NCBI GenBank assembly: GCA_965262915.1
Contig: OZ253564.1
Location: 2,368,001-2,432,000 of the forward strand
DNA from: Candidatus Spongiisociaceae bacterium
GTDB taxonomy: Bacteria; Actinomycetota; Acidimicrobiia; Spongiisociales; Spongiisociaceae
Direction of reading: 5' to 3'
Length of the DNA: 64,000 nucleotides
The position numbers were made by a program, and so were the translations under genes. This document shows, piece by piece, positions 37,550 through 48,140 of the stretch (within the stretch, counting starts at the first letter, position 1; each line of letters starts with the position of its first letter). The notes under the pieces were generated by a model. That model searched no databases. It worked only from the letters and a program-made list of their open reading frames with translations, and was not told the origin of the DNA.

Positions 37550-38254
37550 CTACGCAATGCCGAAGATGCCCTGGCGGGTCAGCCGCCCTCCCCTGGCGTT
37601 GAGGAATACCGCTCCCGGGTCCTCCCCGGAACGGCATAGCTCCAGCCGGACCGGCAGGTAGGACCGGATCGTCTCGGTCGCCGGACGGCCCATCGGTACC
37701 AGGCGCTGCTTGTTCCCCTTCCCCGTCACCAGGATGGTGCGGGTGTCCAGATCCAGTTCCGCCAGGTCGAGCCCCACCAGCTCGCTCACCCGCACCGCGG
37801 TCCCGTAGAGGGTCTCCAGCATCGCCCGGTCGCGGATCCCGAGCTTCGTATCGGCCGGGGGCGCCTCCACCAACCGGATCGCCTCGTCGATATCGGGCGC
37901 CTTGGGGAAGCCCATGCGGGTGCGCGGGGTCTCGGTGAACCGGGTCGGGTCCTCGTCCGCCTCGCCCTCGGCCACCAGGAAGCGATGGAACCCCCGTACC
38001 GCCGCCAACTTCCTGGCGATCGTCGCCGGCCGCATACCCCGTTCATGCAACGACGCCAGGAAGCCGTCCACCAACTCCGGAGAAAAGGAGTCGTGGCCCA
38101 GACGGGCCAGATGCGCCAGATGCGCCAGATAACCCTTCAGGTCTCGCCGGTAGGCCGAGATCGTGTTGTGGCTCAACCCCCGCTCCACCGCCAGCGCCCA
38201 CAGGTAACCCTCGACCTGGATGGCCGGCCGGTTGGATTCCTCCGGTTGTGTCAT
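37550..38254 (-). pseudogene. xerD: Truncated xerD copy (first 234 aa)
   Basis: Near-identical to 34890-35559 but stops after RQGIFGIA*, lacking HxxR, H and the catalytic Tyr; own first 10 codons; KALD changed to KAPD. Confidence 0.88.
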
Positions 38255-38447
38255 CTACCCATGGGCTCGCTGCCCATCCGATCCGTGTCCCTTATGCTAC
38301 GGCCCGACTGTCGGCGATCAGGCGCGAGTGCTGCAACGGGAGCCCCTCTGGTGGCCCGAGTCGAGCGCGGTCCTTACATGACACAACCTGCCCATAACCT
38401 TGCGAGCGAGGGCTGAGTGGGGGATCATCCCCACCGACCCCTTGGAG

Positions 38448-38831
38448 CTACTTCGTCTCGGCCGGCTGGTCCCGTTCGGGTCGCGCGGTCGGTAGTGGAA
38501 TCGGTAGTCGCGCTGTGTCGAATACGGCTGTCAGCTCGAGTCGACCGCCGAGGCTCTCCACGATGGAACGGATGGTGGAGACGGAGTAGTCGTGGGTGGG
38601 TCCAATTTTAGGGTCGCATCCCCGGGCGTTTTCGAGCCGCCTCGCCATTTCGGCCTGCGTGATTTCACTAATGCGGCGTATCTCCGCCAAGTGGTATTCA
38701 GCAATGTCTTGCCACAGGCCCTCTTCGGCAGCCTCGTCCGCTACGCGCTGCTCCGGGCTCAGGTCGCCGACGACTTCGTCCCAGGTGTGGTAGTTGTGGG
38801 TGCTGGCGGCCTTTCGTTCCTTGGTGGTCAT
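38448..38831 (-). CDS. XRE-family HTH antitoxin (HigA-like)
   Basis: LAEIRR...ITQAEMARRL...VSTIRSIVESLGGRLEL; ATGA overlap with the toxin. Confidence 0.75.
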   Translation of the reverse strand: MTTKERKAASTHNYHTWDEVVGDLSPEQRVADEAAEEGLWQDIAEYHLAEIRRISEITQAEMARRLENARGCDPKIGPTHDYSVSTIRSIVESLGGRLELTAVFDTARLPIPLPTARPERDQPAETK

Positions 38832-39226
38832 GGTCGTGGTCCCTCAATCGTTCCATCTGTCCATATGTCGTCGTGCGTGGCCAGTCGCCCCTCCACGTAG
38901 GCGGCGTAGAGGGCGTCCGCTTGTGGAATCGCCACCCGATACCACCTCGCCCGGGTGCCTGCCTTGTCACCGCCGATCAACCGAATAGCCCGACGTGTGG
39001 GGTCGAAGACGAACAGGATGCGGACATGTTTGGCGGTTCCCCCGAGTCGAAGCTCTTTGAGGTTGTGATACTGCGAGGTCTCTATCCGCCCCACCAACGG
39101 ACGACGAAGCGCAGGACCGTGACGCGACAGAACCCGCACGGCTCCGCGGACTTGGCGCTGCTGGCTGTGGGGCAACCCGCGGTACCAGTCTCGTACCTGC
39201 GTGGTAGCGATGATCTTCCAAGCCAT
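38828..39226 (-). CDS. RelE/HigB-type toxin (Gp49-like family)
   Basis: GPALRRPLVGRI, LKELR, RILFVFDP.RRAI.LIGGDK, WYR.AIP.AD. Confidence 0.85.
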   Translation of the reverse strand: MAWKIIATTQVRDWYRGLPHSQQRQVRGAVRVLSRHGPALRRPLVGRIETSQYHNLKELRLGGTAKHVRILFVFDPTRRAIRLIGGDKAGTRARWYRVAIPQADALYAAYVEGRLATHDDIWTDGTIEGPRP

Positions 39227-39270
39227 TACCTACTATTGTACAGGTAAGTTTAATATTATATAAAGTATGG
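39227..39270 (-). promoter_or_regulatory. AT-rich promoter/operator region of the HigBA-like operon
   Basis: Sharp AT island; minus strand reads CTTTATATAATATTAAAC...TACAAT-N8-ATG. Confidence 0.5.
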
Positions 39271-39347
39271 TGATGGGGCTGCAATCAGGGATGGTGATAC
39301 GAACCTGTCCGTCAAGTCCTACCCCTGCGCTTGATGGACTGCAACTG

Positions 39348-39668
39348 CTACCGAAGGTTCCTGGCGTCTCGGCCGTTGATGGCAACCAGACCCATCGCCC
39401 GGCGGCCACCCACCGCGACCAGCCCCAACGCGTTCACTCCCCCGATGGCGACGAGGCCGACTGCGTTCACACCCCCTACCGCGACCAAGCCGGCCGCGTT
39501 GGCGCCACCGCACGAGACCAGCCCCAAGGCGTTCAGCCCGCCTAGAGCAGCCAGGCCGAGAGCGTTCAGGCCTCCGGCGGCGGAGAGGCCGATGGCGTTG
39601 CGGGTGCTCACAACGACGGATCCGGTGAAGATCCACCTGTCGAGCCGCTCGGTTAGTCGGGTTGTCAT
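39348..39668 (-). CDS. Small Gly/Ala-rich protein with about seven 11-aa tandem repeats
   Basis: (GLVAxGGxNAx)n visible in protein and as 33-bp periodicity in DNA; GGAGG upstream. Confidence 0.68.
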   Translation of the reverse strand: MTTRLTERLDRWIFTGSVVVSTRNAIGLSAAGGLNALGLAALGGLNALGLVSCGGANAAGLVAVGGVNAVGLVAIGGVNALGLVAVGGRRAMGLVAINGRDARNLR

Positions 39669-39956
39669 CGGGAGAGCGTACCCTCCAGGAGGGAAGGGCG
39701 GAGGGACGGCATTCGGTTCAAGGCGTTGTGGTCGGCCGACTGCGCTCGGCGGCGAGGTGATCTCGGGATGAAGGGGCTGGTCCGGCGGAAGTTGTCGGCA
39801 TAGCCGGGCCCCCGCTCACCGATGGTTCGCTGTTCTGGCAGCCGGCTTCCGTCACCATCCTGAGCCGGCGTTCGGCTAGGTCTTGTGCCGAGGACCCGTT
39901 GTCGGGCTCTCGAGACGCCTGCCAGGGTTCAGGGTGTCGGGCGAGTGGCGGGGCAT

Positions 39957-41240
39957 TCAGCCCTTCGGGGAGGCAGGCGCCGCGGGTGCCTTGTAGGGCT
40001 GGCGGGAGTCGACGGCGACCAGGGCGGCGAGGGTGGTGGTGATCGGGACGGCGGTTACCAGGCCGATCGATCCGCACAGGGTGCGGACGATCTCCACTGC
40101 GACCATCTCGGAGTTGGCCACCATTACCAGGGATTGGCTGGATATGGCGAAGAGCATCAGGAGGGGGATGGCGGCGCCTGCGTAGGCCAGCAGAAGGGTG
40201 TTGACGGTGGAAGCGATGTGTTCCCGGCCCACCCGGATCCCGGATGCGACTAGCTGGCGGACCGTCAGGGCGGGGTTGCGATAATGGAGTTCGGCTACCA
40301 GAGCGGCCTGGGTCACGGTGACGTCGTCCAACGCGCCGAGCGCGCCGATGACCGCTCCGCCCAGGATCAGGGAGGCTACGTCCAGACCTCCGGCGATGAG
40401 GGGCAGGACCAGGGCCTCTTCGGTGGCCAGTCCGGTGAAGCCGGCGAACTCGAAGAAGGCCCACGACAGCGCCAGCGTCAATCCCAGCGCCGACAGCGTA
40501 CCGGCGAGGGCCACGGTCGTGATCGAGTTGAATCCGTGGGCCAGGTACAGGCTCACGAATGCTATGGCTGAGGCGGCGACCACCGCCACCAGCAGCGGAT
40601 CGTTTCCGTCGAGCACCGACGGCGCCAGAAAAGCCACGAGCACGGCCAGCGTGACAGCCATACCCACCAGAGCGAGGACTCCCCGCCGCCGTCCCAGCGC
40701 TATGACGAACACCGCGAAGAGGGCAGTTAGCCAAGCCAGCGGGGTCCGCCGGTCCGTGTCGGCGTAGAAGTAGAAGTCGGTGGCCTGCTCGTAGCCGAGG
40801 ATCACCTTCTGGTCGACCGCCAGTGGAGGCGCCGTTTCGGCAAACGCCAGGTCGAATTCGGGTAGGGCTATGGCCGAGCCTTGGGCGGGACCCTCATCGA
40901 GGACGACCGTGACCGAGCGGCAGTAGAAGGGGTTGTCGTCACTCGAATAGCTGCAGGGACCGTCGCGGATCTCCTGGACAGTGGCACCGAACCGGTCGGT
41001 GACCAATCCGATCCGGTCAGCGTTCGCCATCGCTTCCGCGGTTCCCTCCCCGGTGGGCCACAGGGCCGCTACCGCGACAGCGGTTGCGAGGCCTGTGCAG
41101 ACCACGAAGGCCAGCACCGCCCGCAGGCCACGGTGAGAACTCCACCCCCTCCAGCCGGAGCCCAAGCCTCGTCGACGGTGTGCGTGTTCCACGTAGAGGG
41201 TTTCCCCTTCACCCATTGCCGGATCCGGTGCCTTCACCAT
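39957..41240 (-). CDS. YibE/F family membrane protein
   Basis: IGALGALDDVTVTQ, GREHIASTVNTLLLAYAGA, EIVRTLCGSIGL..AVPITT; start may be 41216. Confidence 0.9.
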   Translation of the reverse strand: MVKAPDPAMGEGETLYVEHAHRRRGLGSGWRGWSSHRGLRAVLAFVVCTGLATAVAVAALWPTGEGTAEAMANADRIGLVTDRFGATVQEIRDGPCSYSSDDNPFYCRSVTVVLDEGPAQGSAIALPEFDLAFAETAPPLAVDQKVILGYEQATDFYFYADTDRRTPLAWLTALFAVFVIALGRRRGVLALVGMAVTLAVLVAFLAPSVLDGNDPLLVAVVAASAIAFVSLYLAHGFNSITTVALAGTLSALGLTLALSWAFFEFAGFTGLATEEALVLPLIAGGLDVASLILGGAVIGALGALDDVTVTQAALVAELHYRNPALTVRQLVASGIRVGREHIASTVNTLLLAYAGAAIPLLMLFAISSQSLVMVANSEMVAVEIVRTLCGSIGLVTAVPITTTLAALVAVDSRQPYKAPAAPASPKG

Positions 41241-41289
41241 TCACGGTGGGAGCTTAGGAGGCATCCCGGATGGGACCGGATCCGAGCTG

Positions 41290-43014
<1,725 letters not shown>

Positions 43015-43107
43015 CTATCGGCTGCTCGCGACGAGTGGGGAACGGACAGTCGTCGCGGCGGTTGAGACGGAGCTCTCCCAACCGAGGGGTTCCGCTCGGG
43101 TGGCTGC

Positions 43108-43887
43108 TCAGCCGATCGACGCCCCGGCGGCCTCCGAATCGAGCATCAGCGTCGTTCGGGGGTGGGTCTGGAGGATCGAGGCCGGAAGCATCCGGCGCCC
43201 CGGACCCGACACGGCGCCCCGGACCGCCGCCGCCTTGGGGGAACCCACCACTATCATCAGCAGATGGCCGGCCTGCAGGATCGTTCCGAGACCCTGGGTC
43301 ACGGCCTTCCGCGGTACGTTATCGGGGCGGTCGAAGAAGCGGGCGTTGTCGGCCCGCGTCTCCGAGGTGAGATGCACCACCCTGGTACGGGAGTCAAACC
43401 GTGCTCCGGGCTCGTTGAACGCGAGATGGCCGTTGCGTCCCACTCCGAGGATCTGGAGCTCGATCCGGGCCCGGCGGATCCGGCGGTCGTAGCGGGAGCA
43501 CTGCTCCTCGAGGTCGGGTGCGTTCGCGTCGGGCGAGTGCAGGTTGGCGGGGTCGATGTCCACCCGTCCGGTCAGCTCGGTACGGATGAGGTTGCGGTAC
43601 AACTGCGGATGGTCCGGATCGAGTCCTACGTACTCGTCGAGCAGGAAGGCGCGGACCGTGGCAAAGCTGAGGGATTCCTCCCGATGGCGGCGGACCAGTT
43701 CACTGTAGAGGGGCTGCACCGATGCACCGGTTGCCAGGCCCAGCACGGGTGTGGGAGTGGAACATACGAAGTCCTGGACGAGGTCGGCGGCGGCGACGGC
43801 CAACCTGTCGATGTTCTCGACGACCATCACCTTCACGTACGGGTCCAACCTTGGTGGGGGATTAAGGGACTGGGGGCGGCCGTCCAC
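43108..43887 (-). CDS. nagB: Glucosamine-6-phosphate deaminase
   Basis: LGLATGAS, LDEYVGL, LGVGRNGHLAFNEPG, TRADNARFF, PASILQTHP; start may be about 43836. Confidence 0.9.
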   Translation of the reverse strand: MDGRPQSLNPPPRLDPYVKVMVVENIDRLAVAAADLVQDFVCSTPTPVLGLATGASVQPLYSELVRRHREESLSFATVRAFLLDEYVGLDPDHPQLYRNLIRTELTGRVDIDPANLHSPDANAPDLEEQCSRYDRRIRRARIELQILGVGRNGHLAFNEPGARFDSRTRVVHLTSETRADNARFFDRPDNVPRKAVTQGLGTILQAGHLLMIVVGSPKAAAVRGAVSGPGRRMLPASILQTHPRTTLMLDSEAAGASIG

Positions 43888-43980
43888 GCCACATGCCTGC
43901 GACCAAGTTGTATCCCCGGCCGCTGAACCGCCCGGACCGGCCGCCGCCTGCCTGCGCCGGCTCGGGCTCGCCGGATGCTG

Positions 43981-44706
43981 TCATGCAGGTGACTCGGTGG
44001 TCCTGGCGCCGGTGATGAAGGCCACGAGATCGTCCTGGGTCACCTCGCTGACCTGAACCTCGGCGGTCTTGCGGCCCTGCCGCAGAACGACGGCGGTGTC
44101 GCACACCGCCGTGACTCTGTCCATGTTGTGGGTGATCAGCAGGACCGCCACGTTCGAGTCCCGCAGTGCCCTGATCAGGTCCAGAACCCTCCCCGCCTGT
44201 TCGACGCCCAGTGCCGCGGCCGGTTCGTCCAGGAGAACGATCCGCTGTCCCCCTGACAGCAGACCGACCGGCCTCCGCAGCGACGGGATGGCGATGTCGA
44301 GGCGCGCTAGGGTCGTCCGGCACTCGGCGTGCATCCGTTTCTTGTTGAGGAGCCCGAGTCGTGACCCGAACCGGCCGCCCCGGGTGTACTCCCGGTTCAG
44401 AAAGAGGTTCTCGACCACGTCCAGGGTGTCGATCAGCGACAGGTTCTGGTGCACGGCTTCCACGCCCAGCGTGCGGGCCACATGGGGCGAGGAGATCCGG
44501 TGGTCGGTGCCGTCGATGCTCATGGTTCCCGAGTCGGGCTGGTAGATGCCGGAGATGCACTTCACCAGGGTCGACTTGCCGGCCCCGTTGTCGCCCAGCA
44601 GCGCCGTCACCCGTCCCCGGTGCAGATCGAGGGAAACAGCGTCGAGGGCCTTCACCGCCCGGAATGCCTTGGACAGGTCGCGGATCTCCAGAGCGGGCGG
44701 GGTCAT
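43981..44706 (-). CDS. Sugar ABC transporter ATP-binding protein with in-frame internal deletion (possibly inactive)
   Basis: GDNGAGKST; LSGGQR joined directly to IVLLDEP, missing the usual intervening helix. Confidence 0.78.
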   Translation of the reverse strand: MTPPALEIRDLSKAFRAVKALDAVSLDLHRGRVTALLGDNGAGKSTLVKCISGIYQPDSGTMSIDGTDHRISSPHVARTLGVEAVHQNLSLIDTLDVVENLFLNREYTRGGRFGSRLGLLNKKRMHAECRTTLARLDIAIPSLRRPVGLLSGGQRIVLLDEPAAALGVEQAGRVLDLIRALRDSNVAVLLITHNMDRVTAVCDTAVVLRQGRKTAEVQVSEVTQDDLVAFITGARTTESPA

Positions 44707-45908
44707 CGGTGCTCCTCCCCCACCGGGTCGCCCAGCACATTCCAGATGCCTGTCACGGCAGGATCGCCCGTTCCGGCACCCGTCACTCCCACGACATATG
44801 CACGGGTCACGAAGGCCTGGACACGGAACCCGCAGACGACCGTATCGCCCTCCTCGACGGTGCGGGATGCCGGGGGATGCAGCCGGGCGTAGTAGTCGAT
44901 ACCGGCCGGATCGGGCATGTCGAGCGGGATCGGGTCCGTGGACGCATCCTCCGGGGCGGCTGCCACCAGCGCCCGCGTGTCATAGGGATCGAAGACCGGA
45001 TCCACGTAGAACCCTCCACCGAAGCAGAGAGGAACGCCCTGATGAACGTGAGCGACCTCGGTCAGGTACAGGACGGCGGGCTGCTCGGGCAGGTCCTCCA
45101 CGGCGTGCAGGGGGGTCGAACCGGTGAGACCATGGCCGGGTTCCACCTGGGTGGCGCCGATGTCCGCCAGCATATCGAGGACCGCGGTGGAGGTCGTACC
45201 GGGGGCGTTGACCTCGATAGGGGTGTCGGTTCCGAGCGTGGCGGCAGCCACCTCCACGCCCCTGGCCAGGGTCTCGACGTTGGGGGTGGGAGCCACCTGC
45301 TTGGAATCCTTGTCGTACAGCAGGGCGGGGAACGTGGTGAGGCCGGCAAAGCTCAGCCCATCCAGACCGTTGACGAACTCGATGGCAGCGGGGAGTTCGT
45401 CAACCCTGAACCCCCCTTCGTGTCCCGGGTAGAACACGTCGCCGTCGTTCCATATCCGGAGGAGCACCTTCTGGGTGCGTCCGAGGCGAGCGGCCGCCCG
45501 TGACGCCTGCGATGCCTTGGTGGCGGAGAAGATGGTCCAGTACTCGGGGGCGAGACCGGCGGCTTCCGGCGCCTCCGCTCGTGGTACCTGGACCAGATGC
45601 CCGAGGTTGCCCAGAGCGTGCCCGCCGGCCACGATCGGTCGGGCACAGGCCATGTCGACCGCCACGTACCCGTCGGCGCCGCCGCGGGTTATCGCATCCA
45701 GCGCACCCCCGGCACGCCCCAGTTGCTTGCTCATCGCGTACACGGTCAGCCCGCGGCGATGCGCCTCATGGGAGAAGTGGCGCGTGTTGTGCTCGAGCGC
45801 ATCGAGATCCAGTACGTAACTGTTGACGGGGATCATCCCTGCCTGATGGAGTTGGATGGCAGATTCCACGAAAGGCCGGTTGCGGGTCAGAAGTGCTCCA
45901 AGGAACAT
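44703..45908 (-). CDS. YhfX-like PLP-dependent protein (alanine racemase fold)
   Basis: MFL..L..RN, YAMSKQLGR, LGHLVQVP, FYPGHEGGF, NAPGTTS, EPGHGLTGSTP, E.PAVLYLTEV.H. Confidence 0.8.
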   Translation of the reverse strand: MFLGALLTRNRPFVESAIQLHQAGMIPVNSYVLDLDALEHNTRHFSHEAHRRGLTVYAMSKQLGRAGGALDAITRGGADGYVAVDMACARPIVAGGHALGNLGHLVQVPRAEAPEAAGLAPEYWTIFSATKASQASRAAARLGRTQKVLLRIWNDGDVFYPGHEGGFRVDELPAAIEFVNGLDGLSFAGLTTFPALLYDKDSKQVAPTPNVETLARGVEVAAATLGTDTPIEVNAPGTTSTAVLDMLADIGATQVEPGHGLTGSTPLHAVEDLPEQPAVLYLTEVAHVHQGVPLCFGGGFYVDPVFDPYDTRALVAAAPEDASTDPIPLDMPDPAGIDYYARLHPPASRTVEEGDTVVCGFRVQAFVTRAYVVGVTGAGTGDPAVTGIWNVLGDPVGEEHR

Positions 45909-45914
45909 GGTCGC

Positions 45915-46913
45915 TCAACTTTCGGTAGGTGCTCGCATGCTGAGCGCCACCGCCAGGACGATGATCACGCCGCGGGCTATCAACTGGTCCGCCACCTCCA
46001 GTCCCATCAGGATCAGCCCGTTGTTGAGCATCGCCATGATGACCGCTCCGGTCACCGCGCCGGCGATCGAGGCGCGTCCTCCGAACAGGCTGGTGCCACC
46101 GATCACGACGGCCGCGATGACGGTCAGCAGATCGTTCTCGCCAAGATCGTGGCGACCGATGGCCAGCCGTCCGGCCAGAAGGATCCCGGCGAAGGCGGCG
46201 GTGGTGGCGCTCACCACCAAGGCGCCGGCTCTTATCCGGTCGGTGTTGAGACCGGCGGCCTTGGCCGATTCCCTGTTCGCGCCCGTCGCGATGACATGGC
46301 GTCCCCAGCGCAGGTGGTGAAGCACGAAGTGTCCCAGGGCACACACGATGATCGTCCAGATCACCAGGGATGAGACCGGGCCCAGTGACCCGGCGCCGAA
46401 GAGAGCCGAGAACGTGTCGTTGCGGATCGGCATCGACTGGAGGTTGTTCATGTTGCGGGCCACTCCGCTGATGATCCCGAGCGTGCCCAGGGTGACCAGG
46501 AACGAGGGGATCCGTATCTTCACGGTGATGAGGCCGTTGACCAGCCCGATCAGGACACCGGTGGCCACCGCGGCGAGGGCGCCGAGCAGGAACCCGTGAT
46601 CGGCGACGACCGCCGCCGCCACCAGCGACGAGAGGGCCACGGTGGATCCGACGGACAGGTCGATCTCCGCCGATGCCAGAGCGAAGGCCATCCCTACGGC
46701 CATCACCGCGATGGGCGCCGCCTGCCGACCGATGTTCAAGATGTTCGAGCCGCTGAGAAACCCGTCGTCCCAGAGGAACAGGGCGAAGACGGCGAGGATC
46801 GAGACGAAGGCCACGTAGACGACGTATTGCCGGAACCCGGCCTCGTCGCCCTGCCGTGCCCGCAGCCGTATCGATCGGGTTACGGCTCGTACCGGTTTAC
46901 GGACCGCCTTCAC
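45915..46913 (-). CDS. Sugar ABC transporter permease (RbsC family)
   Basis: EIDLSVGS, IPSFLVTLGT, ATGANRESA..AG, IAAVVIGGTSLFGG. Confidence 0.9.
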   Translation of the reverse strand: MKAVRKPVRAVTRSIRLRARQGDEAGFRQYVVYVAFVSILAVFALFLWDDGFLSGSNILNIGRQAAPIAVMAVGMAFALASAEIDLSVGSTVALSSLVAAAVVADHGFLLGALAAVATGVLIGLVNGLITVKIRIPSFLVTLGTLGIISGVARNMNNLQSMPIRNDTFSALFGAGSLGPVSSLVIWTIIVCALGHFVLHHLRWGRHVIATGANRESAKAAGLNTDRIRAGALVVSATTAAFAGILLAGRLAIGRHDLGENDLLTVIAAVVIGGTSLFGGRASIAGAVTGAVIMAMLNNGLILMGLEVADQLIARGVIIVLAVALSMRAPTES

Positions 46914-46950
46914 TTCCGACAGTTCCTTCGGGCGCTCGGGTTCTCACAGC

Positions 46951-48126
46951 TTATCCGCCGAGGGCTTGCATGACTTCGGTTGGTGGGTCGGTTGCGAGGG
47001 ATTGGCGGTAGGCGTCGATGATGTTGTCGGCGGTGACTCCGATGGCGGGGACGACGACGAAGGGTGGGGCTGGTTTGCCGACCAGTCCGTAGGCTCCTTC
47101 GAGGGCCATGGTGCGGCCCAGCGCGTAGGCTTCGTCGGCGGCGATCCCCACGATGTTGCCTCCTTCGACCAGATCGAGGGAGACGTTGGTGTCGAGGTCG
47201 AGGGTTACCACGGCTACGTCGGAGGCGCCGGCTGCTCGCAGAGCGGCGAGGACTCCGTCGGCGGGCCCAGCCGACCAGGGGGCGTAGATGCCGTTGAGGT
47301 CGGGGTTGCGGGTCAGCAGCGACGCGGCGATCTGCTCGGCGGCGGCGGGGTCGGCGAGGCCTTGTTCGTCGACGATCTCGATGCCGGGATACGCGGCCTC
47401 GATCCAGGCTTTGAACGCCTGGTCCCTCTGGTTGGTGACGTAGTAGGCGGCGTCGTGGAAGATGAAACCTACCTTGCCCTGGCCTCCCAGCGCGTCGGCC
47501 AGCAGGTCGGCGGCTGCCACTCCCATGGCTGCGAGGTCGTCGGTGACCACCCCGACGTAGTCGGTTCCGTGGACGTATCCCTCGGGCACGTTGCTGAGGA
47601 ACACCAGCTGGACGCCTGCCTCGACGGCGGGACGGAACGCTTCGGCGCCCGATACCGGGTCGAGGACCAGACTGATGATTATGTCGGGGTTCTGGGCCAT
47701 TACGGTTTCGACGTCGTTGGCTTGCTGGGCCGCGTCGAACTGGGCGTTGGTCTCGGCGATTACCTCGATGCCCAACTCGGCGAAGGCGTCCTTGGCGCCC
47801 TGGCTCACCGCGTCGGTGAAGGCTCCGGCGGTGTGCCACAGCAGGGCGGCTGTGTAACCACCCGCCTTCACCTGGGATATCTCGTCACTGGTGAGGCTGA
47901 TCTCGCTCGACGGCGTCGCCGGCTCACCTCCCGGCCCCTGAGTAACCGGCATCACCGGAGCCGACGGCGCTGCCGTGGTCGCCGGGGCCTGGGTAGTGGT
48001 GGCTGCCCGGGTGGTGGTGGTTTCCTCGGCGACCTCCTCGCCGCCACAGGCTACGGCCAGCAGGCCGAACATCGCCATCATGGCCATGAATACCAGCCGC
48101 TTCGGTGTCCTTGCTCTTGTCTTCAT
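46951..48126 (-). CDS. Sugar ABC transporter substrate-binding lipoprotein
   Basis: MKTRAR..., lipobox LAVAC, Thr/Ala linker, periplasmic-binding fold; GAGGAGG RBS at 48126. Confidence 0.88.
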   Translation of the reverse strand: MKTRARTPKRLVFMAMMAMFGLLAVACGGEEVAEETTTTRAATTTQAPATTAAPSAPVMPVTQGPGGEPATPSSEISLTSDEISQVKAGGYTAALLWHTAGAFTDAVSQGAKDAFAELGIEVIAETNAQFDAAQQANDVETVMAQNPDIIISLVLDPVSGAEAFRPAVEAGVQLVFLSNVPEGYVHGTDYVGVVTDDLAAMGVAAADLLADALGGQGKVGFIFHDAAYYVTNQRDQAFKAWIEAAYPGIEIVDEQGLADPAAAEQIAASLLTRNPDLNGIYAPWSAGPADGVLAALRAAGASDVAVVTLDLDTNVSLDLVEGGNIVGIAADEAYALGRTMALEGAYGLVGKPAPPFVVVPAIGVTADNIIDAYRQSLATDPPTEVMQALGG

Positions 48127-48140
48127 GATTCCTCCTCTGG

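Noticed and set aside
35588-39700. Integron with attC cassettes
   Set aside because: The recombinase is a syntenic XerD without an evident IntI insertion, and I found no convincing RYYYAAC...GTTRRRY sites
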